A DNA stretch of 64,000 bases from Guillardia theta CCMP2712 (taxonomy: Eukaryota > Protista > Cryptophyta), in contig NW_005434461.1 of the NCBI RefSeq assembly GCF_000315625.1, positions 1 to 64,000 on the forward strand. Reading direction: 5' to 3'. A program made the position numbers and the translations under genes. Of this stretch, positions 20,101 to 31,564 are shown piece after piece; the first letter of the stretch is position 1, and every line of letters begins with the position of its first letter. The notes under the pieces are model-generated. The model was not told where the DNA came from and searched no databases. It was given only the letters and a program-made list of their open reading frames with translations.

Positions 20101-21872
20101 TGCTTGCCTTTTTGTTGCTGGGGGGGGGGGGGGGATAACCGCCTGAGTTCGAGCCCGGCGGACCCTGCCCGGCCCTGGTGGTGCCACCGTGCCACGACGG
20201 TGACACCACCCGGTGACCGGACCAGTCACGGCGCCCGCCGCGCCGCCACGCCTGACTCAGTGAGTCTGCGGCTCGAGTCGGCCCGGCCCGGGTGACGGAC
20301 AGGGCCGGGCGGCCGCGCCCGGGGCACGCCCCACCCGGCCCGGCCCAGTCCATCGGCCCAACATACTGGCCTGCGACTGCCCCGACTCTCCTGATTGGGC
20401 CTCGTACTGATCTTTAACTCAACTTTGAGTAAAGACTCTCACGGGCCCCACCAAGGCAGGTCACATGATCATCGCCGTCGGACATGCGATGGATCACAAC
20501 GCCGTGACGGGCCCCCATCACACCCCGAGGCCGCAGTTTGCACGACGCCGCCGAACCTTCAGCGTAGCTCACCGCCGGGCCGTCAATGCGGCGGCAACAA
20601 GAACTTCGAAACTTGCCCTGGACTGTCTCTACTAAGAGGAAAGCAGTGTGACAGGAGGACATCTATCTCTCTTTATTCTTACACCGTCACAACAAACAAG
20701 ACAAGCCGACACACACTGGTGTGGCACTGGGGCAGCAAACAGACGTGGCTCACACACACGAGAGGGGAAGATGACCGCCTGGCCTTGACGACGATGGTTT
20801 CATAGCTTGGAAGAAGGAGGTAGGAGTACCGTCTCTGGGCTGAAAGAAGTAGGGGTGTTGTCTCCTTGGAAGCTGACAAGCTTCCCTCTTACTTAGAAGT
20901 TGAACACCCGATGAGAGCTTGGAGAGGAAGCCTTGCTCTCTCTCAGGCAAGAAGAGCCCCGTCCTCGCACGCAAGCAGGCAGCTTCCAACGGGTTGTGCT
21001 TGACAAGATTCACACGTCCTCTTCAGCTTGTAAGCCACCACAGGAGTAGCGTATCCTGGGCTATCCAGGAGAAGTCAGCTTCGAACGCGAGTACCAGGTA
21101 GACAACTGTCCTTTCGTTTCGGTAAACCTCTGTCTGACTCGGGCTCGGATCCTATGAGCTCTGACACAACGGCAGAGCAGGTTCCGAGCTGTCACTGATG
21201 GCTGGCGTCACATCAGTCCCGAGGCTCAAGGTGAGATGGGTGGGCAGCAAAGACCCCGGGCAAGCTGAGATGGAGACACAACATGGGTATGCGAGCATTT
21301 CATACCCATGTTGTGGAGGAGTCGCCCTCGGCCGCAGCTTGGAAGAAGGTGCGGCCCGGCTGCACTGTACAGAAGCGAGCTGCTGGTACTGACAAGAAGC
21401 AGGGGCATAGCGGACGAGACGACCAGACGACCAGACGACGAGGACTACACGAGGCAAGCGCAGCCGTTGGCATGCCAAAGGACAGGAGGCGCTCTCTGCG
21501 GGGCTAAGGGATGGGCTCAATGCCGTCCACCAACCATGGCGGAAGGGAGCAATTCGGAGAGGTTCATGAGGGACAGGGTGTAAGGGGCAAGGAGGGGTGG
21601 AATAGAGGTGATGAAAGGGGGTGGGGGTATACCGCAATCTCCGATCACACTACTACTGACTACTGACAGCAGGGTGGGGGGCAGGGGGGGAACTCCGGAG
21701 AAGGGTGGCAGGGGTGGCAGTGGTGGTATATATACAGTAGCAGGGGGTAGGTTGACAAGGTCGCTTGCAGCAAACCCAACCTTCTGAGAAGAAACCTTGG
21801 CGATCTGCTCTCTCTGTTTTTACCTTGCTTGCCTTTTTGTTGCTGGGGGGGATAACCGCCTGAGTTCGAGCC
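17173..21872 (+). repeat. Tandem segmental repeat, ~1.9-kb unit, about 2.5 copies (starts 17173, 19064, 20999)
   Basis: cttgacaagattcacacgtcctcttcagcttgtaagccaccaca recurs at 17173, 19064 and 20999 (periods 1891 and 1935). Copies 1 and 2 are near-identical. Copy 3 is more diverged, carries deletions and ends at gagttcgagcc (21872). Confidence 0.95.
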
Positions 21873-22154
21873 GCACATAAAAATTTTGTTGACCGGGAAA
21901 TTGATGATTGCCCGGAAATTGATGATTGCCCATTTCCAGGCTTCAGTCACTGAGCCTGTCGCGGCCCGGGACAGTGACAGTGTCGGAAGGGCCCCGAACT
22001 TGAAGCTATCGAAAAGGCAGAACTCTACGATCTACTCAGGGATTAGTAGATAGAGGAATAAGAGATAAGGGCAGAAATAAGAAAAGATCCGGCTCATGGC
22101 GGGGGGGGGGGGAGGCCAGAAGCCAGTAAGGCGAAGGAGAATGGGGAGACGAGG

Positions 22155-22290
22155 CGGGATGATGATGATGATGATGATGATGACAATAGAGATGGAGGAG
22201 GAGTTGGTGGTGATGATTGAGATGATGATTGAGATGATGATGATGATTCAGATTATCATGATGATGCAAATGATGGAGACGATGATGAGA
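22155..22290 (+). repeat. (GAT)n degenerate microsatellite
   Basis: Seen directly. Confidence 0.85.
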
Positions 22291-22738
22291 CGGAGACGGA
22301 GAGGCTTGACAGCAACTTGTGATGTACTTGAAGGCATGATTGCGATTCTCTTTGCCCTTTCCAATGATGTCCGGGTCTTTTGAGACCGATGATCTTGTTC
22401 TTGTCTTCATGATGGATCGTGGTTTCGATTACAAACATCAACTGATAGTGCCCAGGCCCGTTTATCTCTGCCGTCAGCTCTAGGTGCGATACTCTGAGAT
22501 TGTTCCAGCCTCAAAAGGTGCGTGAATGGAGGAGGAGGTGGTGGTGGTGGAGTGGCGATGTAGATGATTAAGATAATGATGTTCGAGCTAATAATGACGA
22601 CGATGAAGGTAAGGATGAAGGTATGATGGGGATGGGATGGAGATGGAGATGAAAATGTGGAGATTACAAAGGAGATGACGATTCTCCGCAGTTTTAACCA
22701 TGGCAAAACAGATCCGATGAAAACAGTTTCTTGACAGC

Positions 22739-24690
22739 ATGGCGATGGGTGTCAAGATATGGATCTGGTGTTTAAAAGCGATGATTGCTTTAGCTCTCTT
22801 TCCCTCGCATGACAACTCAAGAAGTTGCAACGTAGCGGGGAATTCAGAGGCGCCGCAAAGGTCGATTGAGCTAGCTCTTCATGGAGGGACGCGCCTATGG
22901 CTACGAGGCGGAAGACCAAGTCACGATGAGAGTGGCAATTCGGACACAGGGAGGAGATTGAAGAAGACAAGGACGAAGTCGAAGGGAAAGTCTGTGAAGA
23001 CCTTGACGAGAGTGAAACACAGTGCCGCTCCGAGCTCCAACACAGAAGAGACTTCCATCTCAAAAACTCAAGAGATGCGCCTGCAGCGATTGCAGAAGGT
23101 TTCGGATCAGGCCGTTCCAAGTAGTATGAGCCCTCTGACTTCAGAGATGCACAGCAAGATCGATGTTCTCCGGTCAGCCATGCTCGCCAAGGACAAGAAG
23201 ATTGTATCCAAAATCATGTCAGAGATCGGAGAATTAGCTCGCAAGCACTATGCAAAGAAGATATGGGACGTAAAACAGCTTACGACTGATGGGTTTGCGA
23301 TAGGGGACAGCAGGAAGTTGAGGAAACTGCAGCATTCACTGACGGCTGTGAGCAAGAACACGATTCATTACAATGGGACGGGGTCAGTCATCAGGCAGAT
23401 ACGAGAGCAGGCGGAGGTAACAAGCGCCACTCCTCGATTCTCATGTGCTTGCATGGTATCAATGCGTTTCATGCTTGCAGGCTCTTTGCCTCCCGAATCC
23501 TACTGACCAAGTCTTGGGGATTGATGAGGTCGAGCAAGAAAGTGGAACTCTCTGCAAGATGTAAACTTTTCATGCAGTTTACTGAGATCCGATACGCGCT
23601 GGAGCAAGCCAACGAGACAAGGTGCTGCCTCCCATACCCTTACTCCCTCCTCCAATCGTGAAAAATCAACAGAGAAGCTCCGCTCCATGTGAAGACGAAC
23701 AGAGAACTTGCCAAGTACTGCAAGGCAAGCTGCACACTGCCAACGACGTTCCCCCAGTGACCTCGACTGCAGACGAACATTGGAGATATGTTGGTCAGCG
23801 AAGACGTGGCCGTGAAGTGGTGGCTGGAGAAGAAGAGAGAGAAGAAGATGCAAGAGAAGGCAAAACAGGTCCTGTCACTCGTTCTCTTGTTGAGATGTCT
23901 CATGGATACCATGGACCTCCAGGCTGCGATCAGGGAAGAGCTCATGACTGAGTATGCTACCGCGTACTACGTCATGTGCAAGCAGCTGGCAGATGCCAAG
24001 GGAAAGCCATTCGACCCGATCAAAGTCAGTCAAAGACTCCCCGACGCTCTGACGAGTTTCTTGACGTGACAGCCGTTGACAGGCTGAGGAGATGGCGATC
24101 ACTCATGCCCGGCAAAAGTACGAGATCCAGGTAAAAAGGAGGAAGCTTCGGTTGGGATCTTTTCATCCTGACACTTGAGTTCCAGCCCTTGAAGCAGAGG
24201 AAGAGGGAAATCCACGAGGCAGCAACATCAGTGAGCTGCTTATGAAACTCCTCCCTCTCCCTCTCCCTCTCCCTCTCCCTCTCCCTCTCCCTCTCCCTCT
24301 CCCCTCTCTCCCTCCCTCCCTCCCTCCCTCCTTCATAACTGCTTCTTACCCTCTGCTGCAGAAAATCTGCACTCCCATGCTGGTGAAGCCCAAGGGCAGG
24401 AAGAGAGTGCGATACGCAAAGCGCAGAGGTAGGGAGATAGCGAGAAGGAGGCTGAGGGATGACAATGCGTGTGAAGGGCCAAGGAGAAAGCTGTACAAGA
24501 AGCCCAAGAAGCGGGTGGTGGGTTGACTGCTGCTGTGGTCACTTGCGCTGACTTCTTATGACAGTTGTCACGGCACAAGAAGAAGATCAAGGTTGCACGT
24601 ATGTTGATGGAAGAGGAAAGACTGACAGCCCCACTCATAGAAACGGTGAAGATCGAGTCAAAATTAACTTTAATCATGCTTCACTTCCAT
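22739..24690 (+). CDS. Hypothetical protein with a signal peptide, an LRGG motif and basic/coiled-coil regions; multi-exon, 3' end approximate
   Basis: 255-aa first ORF (MAMGVKIWIWCLKAMIALALFP...RLWLRGG...) followed by short GT-AG introns and further coding-like exons (DLQAAIREELMTEYATAYYVMCKQLADAKGKPFDPIK...). Confidence 0.55.
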
Positions 24691-25568
24691 TCTGGTTGAA
24701 CCCCGGAATTCGAGCGGGAGGAGAGGGCTTTCTATCGTGCATCCTCGTCAACGTGTCGCAGCGCCGGATGTTCTCAGCAAACATGATGTCTTCAGTCGTG
24801 TTATGATTGACAGAGTCTGTCTCCAGTCGTAGATGCTTTTCCCTCCTGTCTGTCAGCTGATTCGTTTGCGGTGGGCGGTTGTGCTTGCTGATCTCTAAGA
24901 AAGCGTCGAAAACAAATGCCTCGTCCTCCTTCTCACATCTCTGTATAGCATCCTCCAAGTACTTCTCAAGGCCAGCCTTCCTCTCATCTACCGTCGCTTC
25001 TGACATGCCTGAGAACCATCGTTTCGGAGGGAACTGCAAGTCGGCAAACGACTTCGGATTGATCTGGACGAGGCGGTCCCTGAACTCCCTGAACTCGTTG
25101 TAGCGATGCCAGACCTGCCACTTGAGACTCGGGTGCGACCCGTGGGCGGACAGCGAGCAGATCACCTCGTAGGCTACGAAGTGCTGCATCGCCTTTGTCC
25201 TCATGCAATGTGTCGATCGAGCTTCTGACTTGATGATGGCCACTTGCAGGCGATGGATGGTGTGTGGGTGACAGGTTTCTGTCGAAGAACGACTTGGAAC
25301 AGCAGAACCTCCTTCTCTGTTCGGCATCCTCTACCGGATGTATCAGCAAAGAAAACTGCAAACACACAATGTCAACAAGTTACACCTTCATGACCATTCA
25401 CTGTGTCATCACTTGTCGCATAGAACTCATCGAAACCCACTGGGCAAACTTGAAAGAAGCTTACATGTATCATTCTCATGTCTTCCCTTGCAAGCTCTGT
25501 CGTGCGCTCCATGCCCCTCTCTCCCGCTAGCAAATCGTTTTCTGAGATGCTCCTCCTCCTTCAACCAT
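24674..25568 (-). CDS. PX (Phox homology) domain protein; 5' end approximate
   Basis: HFVAYEVIC...WQVWHRYNEFREFRDRL...LQFPPKRWFSGMSEATVDERKAGLEKYL...FDAFL is a canonical PX pattern (RY.EF..., FPPK, ER...LE.YL). Confidence 0.85.
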
Positions 25569-25999
25569 CTTCAACTGATTACAGCATCGAGCTCCTCCTG
25601 GTACTCGAGATCTTCCTCCTACTTGTCCCTTCCCAAAAACTTCTATCCCTGACGCTAACCGCCTATTTCTTCATTGTCTTCCCCACGTGGTGCTATCCTT
25701 CCTGTCGCAACCCTCTGCATAGTTGTCCCTTCCCCATCCACTTGAACTTGATCTGCCTCTCCCTCCCTCCCTCCCTCCCTCACCCCTTCGGCCTCTGGTT
25801 CCCTGCGACATTCGCTTCCCTCCCTCTCTCCCTGCCCTCCTGCCCCGCTTCCGATCCCGCTCCTCCTTGTCCCCACTCAATCTCTGCTCCCTCCCTCCCC
25901 CGCAACCGTCAACTCCCCCCCCATTCTATCTCTCTTTCGTCCCCTCTTCCCTTATGCTTCGAGTTCAGCTCCTTCTGAAAACATTCCAAAGGCATCAGG

Positions 26000-28050
26000 G
26001 CGATGGAGGTTCTGTAGCTCGTTCGATGCCGCAGCTCGACTCTTGAGAGCAGCATACCTGAACCCTGATACCTTTGCACACGAGTACCTGATACCTGGTA
26101 TCATCAACCCTAAGGCTTTGAGCTCCACCTCACCATCATCCCGATGGCTTTCCGGGGAGGATGTATCATCCGCTCTACTCTGCCAACCCCGATAGATCCC
26201 CCGAGCTTCGTGAGGCAGGAGGGCAGTGACGCGTCCTCGAGGATGAGAGTACACGTTGTCGCTGCTCCTCATGTCGAGGACTCTGCAGAGCAGACACAGG
26301 AGGTCATCAAGGGAACTTTCAGTGGCACCATGAAGAAACCCGCGATCCAAAGGGTCTGGCGGCGAAGACAGGAGGCAGTACATGCTAGTCAGGTTGACAA
26401 AGTAGACATCGAGGTTGAGAGCGAAAGCTCCCATGGTGCGAGCTCAACGTCAGCTGCAAAGGGCTATGCCGAGAGAAACAGGAACGTCACCTTGTGCTTC
26501 GAGGGCGGTTCTGACGGCTGCCAGTGTAGATGGGGGAAAGTCGGCGATGCGATCCGGCGAGCAAGAATCAGCGCAAGTACTTGAGGCCCGAGTCTACTCC
26601 TCCTGCGCTGCCTTCTTCCATCTCCAAGGAGCTCGAAGTCAGTGGACCATCCATCACCTTCCTCCCTTCTCTTCTCTGAATGCTCCCCTAGCTTCTTCCT
26701 CCTCGTTTTGCTCCTCTCCTTTCCTTGGTCCTCCTCCCGTTCTCTGAATGCTAGGAGAGTGACCGTCGCAACAACAGATGCATCATGACGAGCAAGATGA
26801 ACTTGCTCATGCGCGGACCACACAGACAGAAGTTTCAACGGTTTGCTTGGAAGATTTTGACTTTGCTACTTGGAGACATAGCCACAAGTCAGACGACAGC
26901 ACCTTGTCGGTTGAAAATCACCCAAGAAGCATGTCAGCCACCTTGAGTTTGGGGTATTGGTCGAAGAAGAAGAAGTCTTTCTACTTTCAACAGCCTAGAT
27001 CAAGATCTGCAAACATCGAGAAGCAAACAAGGCAGAGCCTGCCGACAAGAAGAGCATCCATGGATGTAAAACTTGTCTTACAACTTTTAAGAAGCTGATC
27101 CTTGATCTCCAGAAATCGTCGAGCAAAATCTTCGAGGGTGAGCAAGCAAACTGTCATGAAACGATCGTCTCTAAAACTTTTCAGTGTCGGGGACGGAGTT
27201 GCGGATGAGGAACAAGCTCAAACTGGCCTCACGCGGTACTGAAACATCCTCTCTCGTGATTGAGAGAGTGACATGAAAGATTTCACAGTCGAGACCGGAG
27301 CTGGGGCTGTGCACGAGCAAAAGGATATAAGTGTGAATGTAGAAAACTCAAGCAAGAGCAGGAAACACAGCATCACTTTGGACCTGACGAACAACGAGGC
27401 GTTTGCATCAACTTCAGAGTTCTTCTTCGACGACGAGGTTCTTGATCTGTTGGGAGGGAATCAGTGGCCTTGTATTCACCCTTGACTTTAGGATGATTAC
27501 ATCATCTTGCAACTCGAAGATGAGGTTTCAAGGTGAATCACTTGCCCTGTGCCAGTGAGTCAGAGACTCTGCTCAGGTACGACATGGAATCAGAGGCGAG
27601 GCATGAGGTCGAATCAGTGGACGACTCGGTCATCATGGTTGAAGAGCCGACGGAAGGCTCAAGTGCTCGAGGGTCGACCCTGACAGAAGATGACAAAGCT
27701 GATTGGGCATCGCTGCGCTCGCGAGTGTGTCAGATCGTCGTAGAGACTCTACGGCACCTGAGGAGCAGAAGGGACATGGCGGAATGTGGAGCAGAGGAGA
27801 TGTAAGTAACGACAGCTACTTGATCCTTTCAGCCAGTTGAAGCGTGTGTTTGACAGAGACGAGGTAGCATCGAAGAAACAGCAGGAGGGGTGGAAGGTGA
27901 TCTGTTTTCTGAATTGGCATGGACACTTGGAGGGAAGGTGAGGGAGCTCTGTGGATAGATTCGTCCTGGAAAGACTGACATGTCTTTCTTTCCGCTCGGA
28001 TAGTCGGAGACAAAGAGGCTTGACTTCAAGACTTATACTGAACCGATACA
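26000..28050 (+). CDS. Hypothetical multi-exon protein; boundaries uncertain
   Basis: Chain of coding-like ORFs (26144, 26778, 27273, 27533) separated by short intron-like gaps. No motif recognised. Confidence 0.35.
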
Positions 28051-28163
28051 CACAATCTCAAATGGATCAAAGAAAGACAATTGCTTTGAGAATAGCATCT
28101 CCTACTGTACACAAGTGATATAATACAATAAGGTCAAACTGACAGAGTTTCTCATCCCCAGAT

Positions 28164-29248
28164 CTACACGTTGATCAAGTACCCTGAGAGTGCCTCTTTC
28201 AGTTGTTCGTTGATTTTCTTCTGTTCGTCCAGTTCACTTTTCAACCTTTCCACCTCTTCATCCCTTGACTGCAGCTCAGCCTTACAGGACTCCAGCTGCT
28301 TGAAATATGACAACGTAAGCACCTTCTTGAGAACTGTAGCAGCTTCGGATATCCTGAATCTCAAATCATGCACTTCGGCCTTGAGGTTTGTGTTTTCCGT
28401 TTCCAACTTGGTCCTTTCCTTCTTCTCTACAATCAGCGATTTCTCCATGAGCCAGCGTTCCATCTCGAATTGTTTGCATTTCTGTCTCATGGCTTCTTGA
28501 ACGTCATCGCACAGCTCATCGCATTTCGTGACGTCGTTCCATGCATGCCGTGGTGCAGGGCCGACTCAGTCGGAGTTGCGAGGAGCTGTAACGCGTCATC
28601 CCCGAAGAAGAAGACAGGTTGACGTTGGGTTGCATCAGCATCCCCATACCTCCTCGCTCCTTTCGTGTCCCTCACCTCGCTTTTGTCATCAGGTGAACAT
28701 GCTGGGCGGACGACTTCCTGTGCTGAGTTGGTCGACCCCTCCTCGGCCTGCCGGCACGTTTCGTTCGGATGTGCGCTGTCGGGCCGATCGCTAACCATCA
28801 TCTCAGATGTTGTCGCGTCACTGAGATACTCGCTGTCATTGCACAGGGTCTCATCGGATGAGACACTCTTCATCGTTCCCTCTGTTGACCCAGACGAATA
28901 GAGCATGTGAACGGCTCTACCTGAGAACAGAACGTTGGGTGCACAAGAAAGAGAGACAGGAGTGCTGAATTTCCTATGGACACGAAGACCATGGTGTATC
29001 ATAAGATGAGGAGGAAGTTTGTCGAGGCCGAACGGAGACTGCAGTGAACACGTGAGCTCGGTGAGTGGTTTCATGGAAGAGGATGGGTCCCCAAGAGGCG
29101 GCGGAAGCGGAGTCATGGACGTAGACGTAGAGAGGCTGTGAGGAAGGGGAGAAGAGAAGGTAAATGCTCGAGATGCATCAGCAAGATGAGGACTCGTCTC
29201 CTCCTCGCTCGCTCGCCATGCGCTCGTTCCTATCGAAGGAGGCGGCAT
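28164..29248 (-). CDS. Hypothetical protein, Pro/Ser-rich N-terminus and coiled-coil C-terminus
   Basis: ORFs 29269-28487 and 28490-28164 (EKKERTKLETENTNLKAEVHDL...LESCKAELQSRDEEVERLKSELDEQKKINEQLKE). Confidence 0.55.
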
Positions 29249-29284
29249 GGCGACGGGGGAATGTAACACACATCAACTTGAACC

Positions 29285-30015
29285 TGGAATGGGGGTAGTT
29301 GACAGCCCAAATGGGGGGTAGTACGATAAATAGAGGAAAGAGGGGTAGGTGCCCCAGAACAAACAGCTGCGTGGGGTAGGGTACAGGAGGCGTCGTTGAG
29401 AAATGAGGTTCAAAATGGGGGGTAGGGTACCCGCAAAACCTGTGTGGGGTCACTGAACTCAGTACATATTTGGTGGAGCCTGGAGGGGGTGGGGGTACAA
29501 AGGGGAGGTTGACTTTTGTAGCCGGGTGGGGGGTGGGGTCACACTGGGCCCGTACAACAGAGGCAGATAATGGGCGCTTGCTGGGAGGGTCCCCTTGCTT
29601 TCCCTGATCCTCAAGGACCCTCCCAGAGTGCTGACCTTGGTGGTGGTTGAGCGGGGTACTCGAAGTAACCTTCAGTTTGTTCCGACTCGAAGGATTGTCA
29701 GGGGTGGGTGGGTACCCGTACCCAGTGTGTCGGAGCAACGGTTGCCCGGGGGTACGGACAAAAAAAAGCCTGAGTGAACCACGGAGGCTGTACCGGGGAC
29801 TTGAAAAAATTCGGGCCGCCGGTGGAGACTCCGAACGCCGCCGCACTATTTTTAACTTAACTTTGAGTAACGAAGACTGCCAGAAACGTGAACTCAGTGC
29901 CGACTGCCCGGCAGTCAGCGGCGACTCGGGCCCGACTGAGGCTCAGGCCGGTGACGCGGCCGGGCCGGAGGTTCCAGGCTAGCTCACCGAGGCTGAGTCA
30001 AGAGGACGTATAAAG
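29285..30015. promoter_or_regulatory. Intergenic GGGGT(AC) array, A-run, 23-nt motif and GC/GACTC island
   Basis: GGGGT/GGGTA repeats 29292-29755, ATTTTTAACTTAACTTTGAGTAA at 29848-29870, GC island with gactcgggcccgactgag and ctgagtca, TATAAAG at 30009. Function inferred. Confidence 0.45.
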
Positions 30016-31564
30016 TAGTGCTTTACAGTGAATCCGATATCTTCAACGTGCCGTTCCGAAAGTAACGTGACTATATCATTTATACCCAACATTAAGTTAA
30101 ACTCATACGAGGACTAGGCTTTTTTTCGTGCAAATGTCAAAGCGAGTGATTTGGCGTCGGCCGATGTCCGGTTGGACCAAAGAGCGGGAGAGGAAGAGAC
30201 GAGCACGAGGCCGAGGAGCTGGAGAGGGAGGAGGATGAAGATAGATGAGGTCGATGAGAGCGCAAGTGAGATGTGGTAGCTCAAGTTTCGGGTAAGCGAG
30301 AGGAAGGGGGAGGAGGAGAAAGAGGGGAGGAGGGGGGGGGGGGGGGGTTTTAAAAGGGTTCAAGAGGGATCGTAGGATAAAACTGAAGGATTGGAGATGG
30401 AGGCCTGAGGTGAAGGTGAAGGGAAAGCGGGGAAAGGAGGGAAAGGTGATTGAAGAAACAGCAAGAAGAGATAAGGTTCATTGGTTTGGGGTTGATGGAT
30501 ACATACTCGAGGAGTAAGAGGATAAGAGGAGAACAGAGCGAAAAGTTTGTGACATAGTATGGTTGAGAAAAAGGGTGTTGGGAGGTGTTGGTGGCAGGGA
30601 CAAACCCCAAAGCTCTGTTCGGTTTAGAAAGGAGGGATAGAAGTTCTCCTCGATGGTTTCAGGCAAGAGTTATCGGCGATGTAAACCAGAGCAGAGGAGG
30701 AGAATTCGCAAGACGCCCTTGATTAAGACATGGCTCGTCATGCCTTCCTCGTTCCCTTTGTAATTTCTGATTGCACTTGACACACGATTGGCACTTGAAT
30801 TTGCAGATCTTTGATTTGACCCTTCCTCCCTTTCTATGTGTGGTGTTCGATCTTCTTCTTGCGAGGATTTGCGCTCATGTCTCTTGTCCTTTTACTCTTC
30901 TAGCCTTGTTGCCCCGATTTCTCATCCGTTTCATTCCCTTGAAATCCTTCACGACCTCCCCTACCCCGCCCAATCCTCCTCCTTCACAACACTGTGAACA
31001 CACCTTTCAGGCTGCCCTGCACGCATTTTTGCCAACACTCTCACTATCACCAGTTGCTCTCAATCATACCTCAATCAATCACTCTATCTCTCATCGCCTT
31101 ATTGCCTGGCTGGTCTGTCCTATCTCTTCTCTCTTGTTCTCCTCATCTCTCCCGGATCCGCTCGTTCCCCATTCTTCGATCTCTCCCTTCCTTCCACCCC
31201 AATATCCCCTGCTATTCTCACATCTCTCCTCCTCTCATCCTGCCTCTCCGTCCTGCCTCTTCACTCTCCTCTGCTCCCTTTCCTCTCCCCCTCCTCTCCT
31301 CTCAGGGCCTCTCCTCCCGCTCCCTCCAAAGTTGATCAGTACACCGTGGTCACTCGTGTTCTACACTTTGTCTCCGATACCTACCCCTCCCCTCCCTTTC
31401 CCTATTTAGGACCCCACCCTTCGGGGTTTTTTGCTCTTGTTTCTTGCAAGATTTGGTTCTCGCCCTTCCCTGGACCTGCTCGTGGAGCTCAGCATGCCGC
31501 CGCCGCCGCCCTGTGCGTCTCTTGACCTGTCGATCTGATTGAGTTTCTCAGAGGCTCCTTGGCG

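Noticed and set aside
17173-21872. Tandem array as CRISPR, rDNA/5S or LTR element
   Set aside because: No short repeat-spacer pattern, no rRNA/snRNA similarity recognised, and no RT/integrase or TG...CA LTR structure.
30005-30130. TATAAAG followed ~110 nt later by a T-run (possible Pol III ncRNA)
   Set aside because: No resemblance to U6, 7SL or tRNA, and no convincing structure; insufficient support.
30140-31480. Short ORFs such as PETIEENFYPSFLNRTELWGL and a 212-aa Leu/Pro/Ser ORF
   Set aside because: Low-complexity or degenerate sequence; no coherent exon chain or motif.
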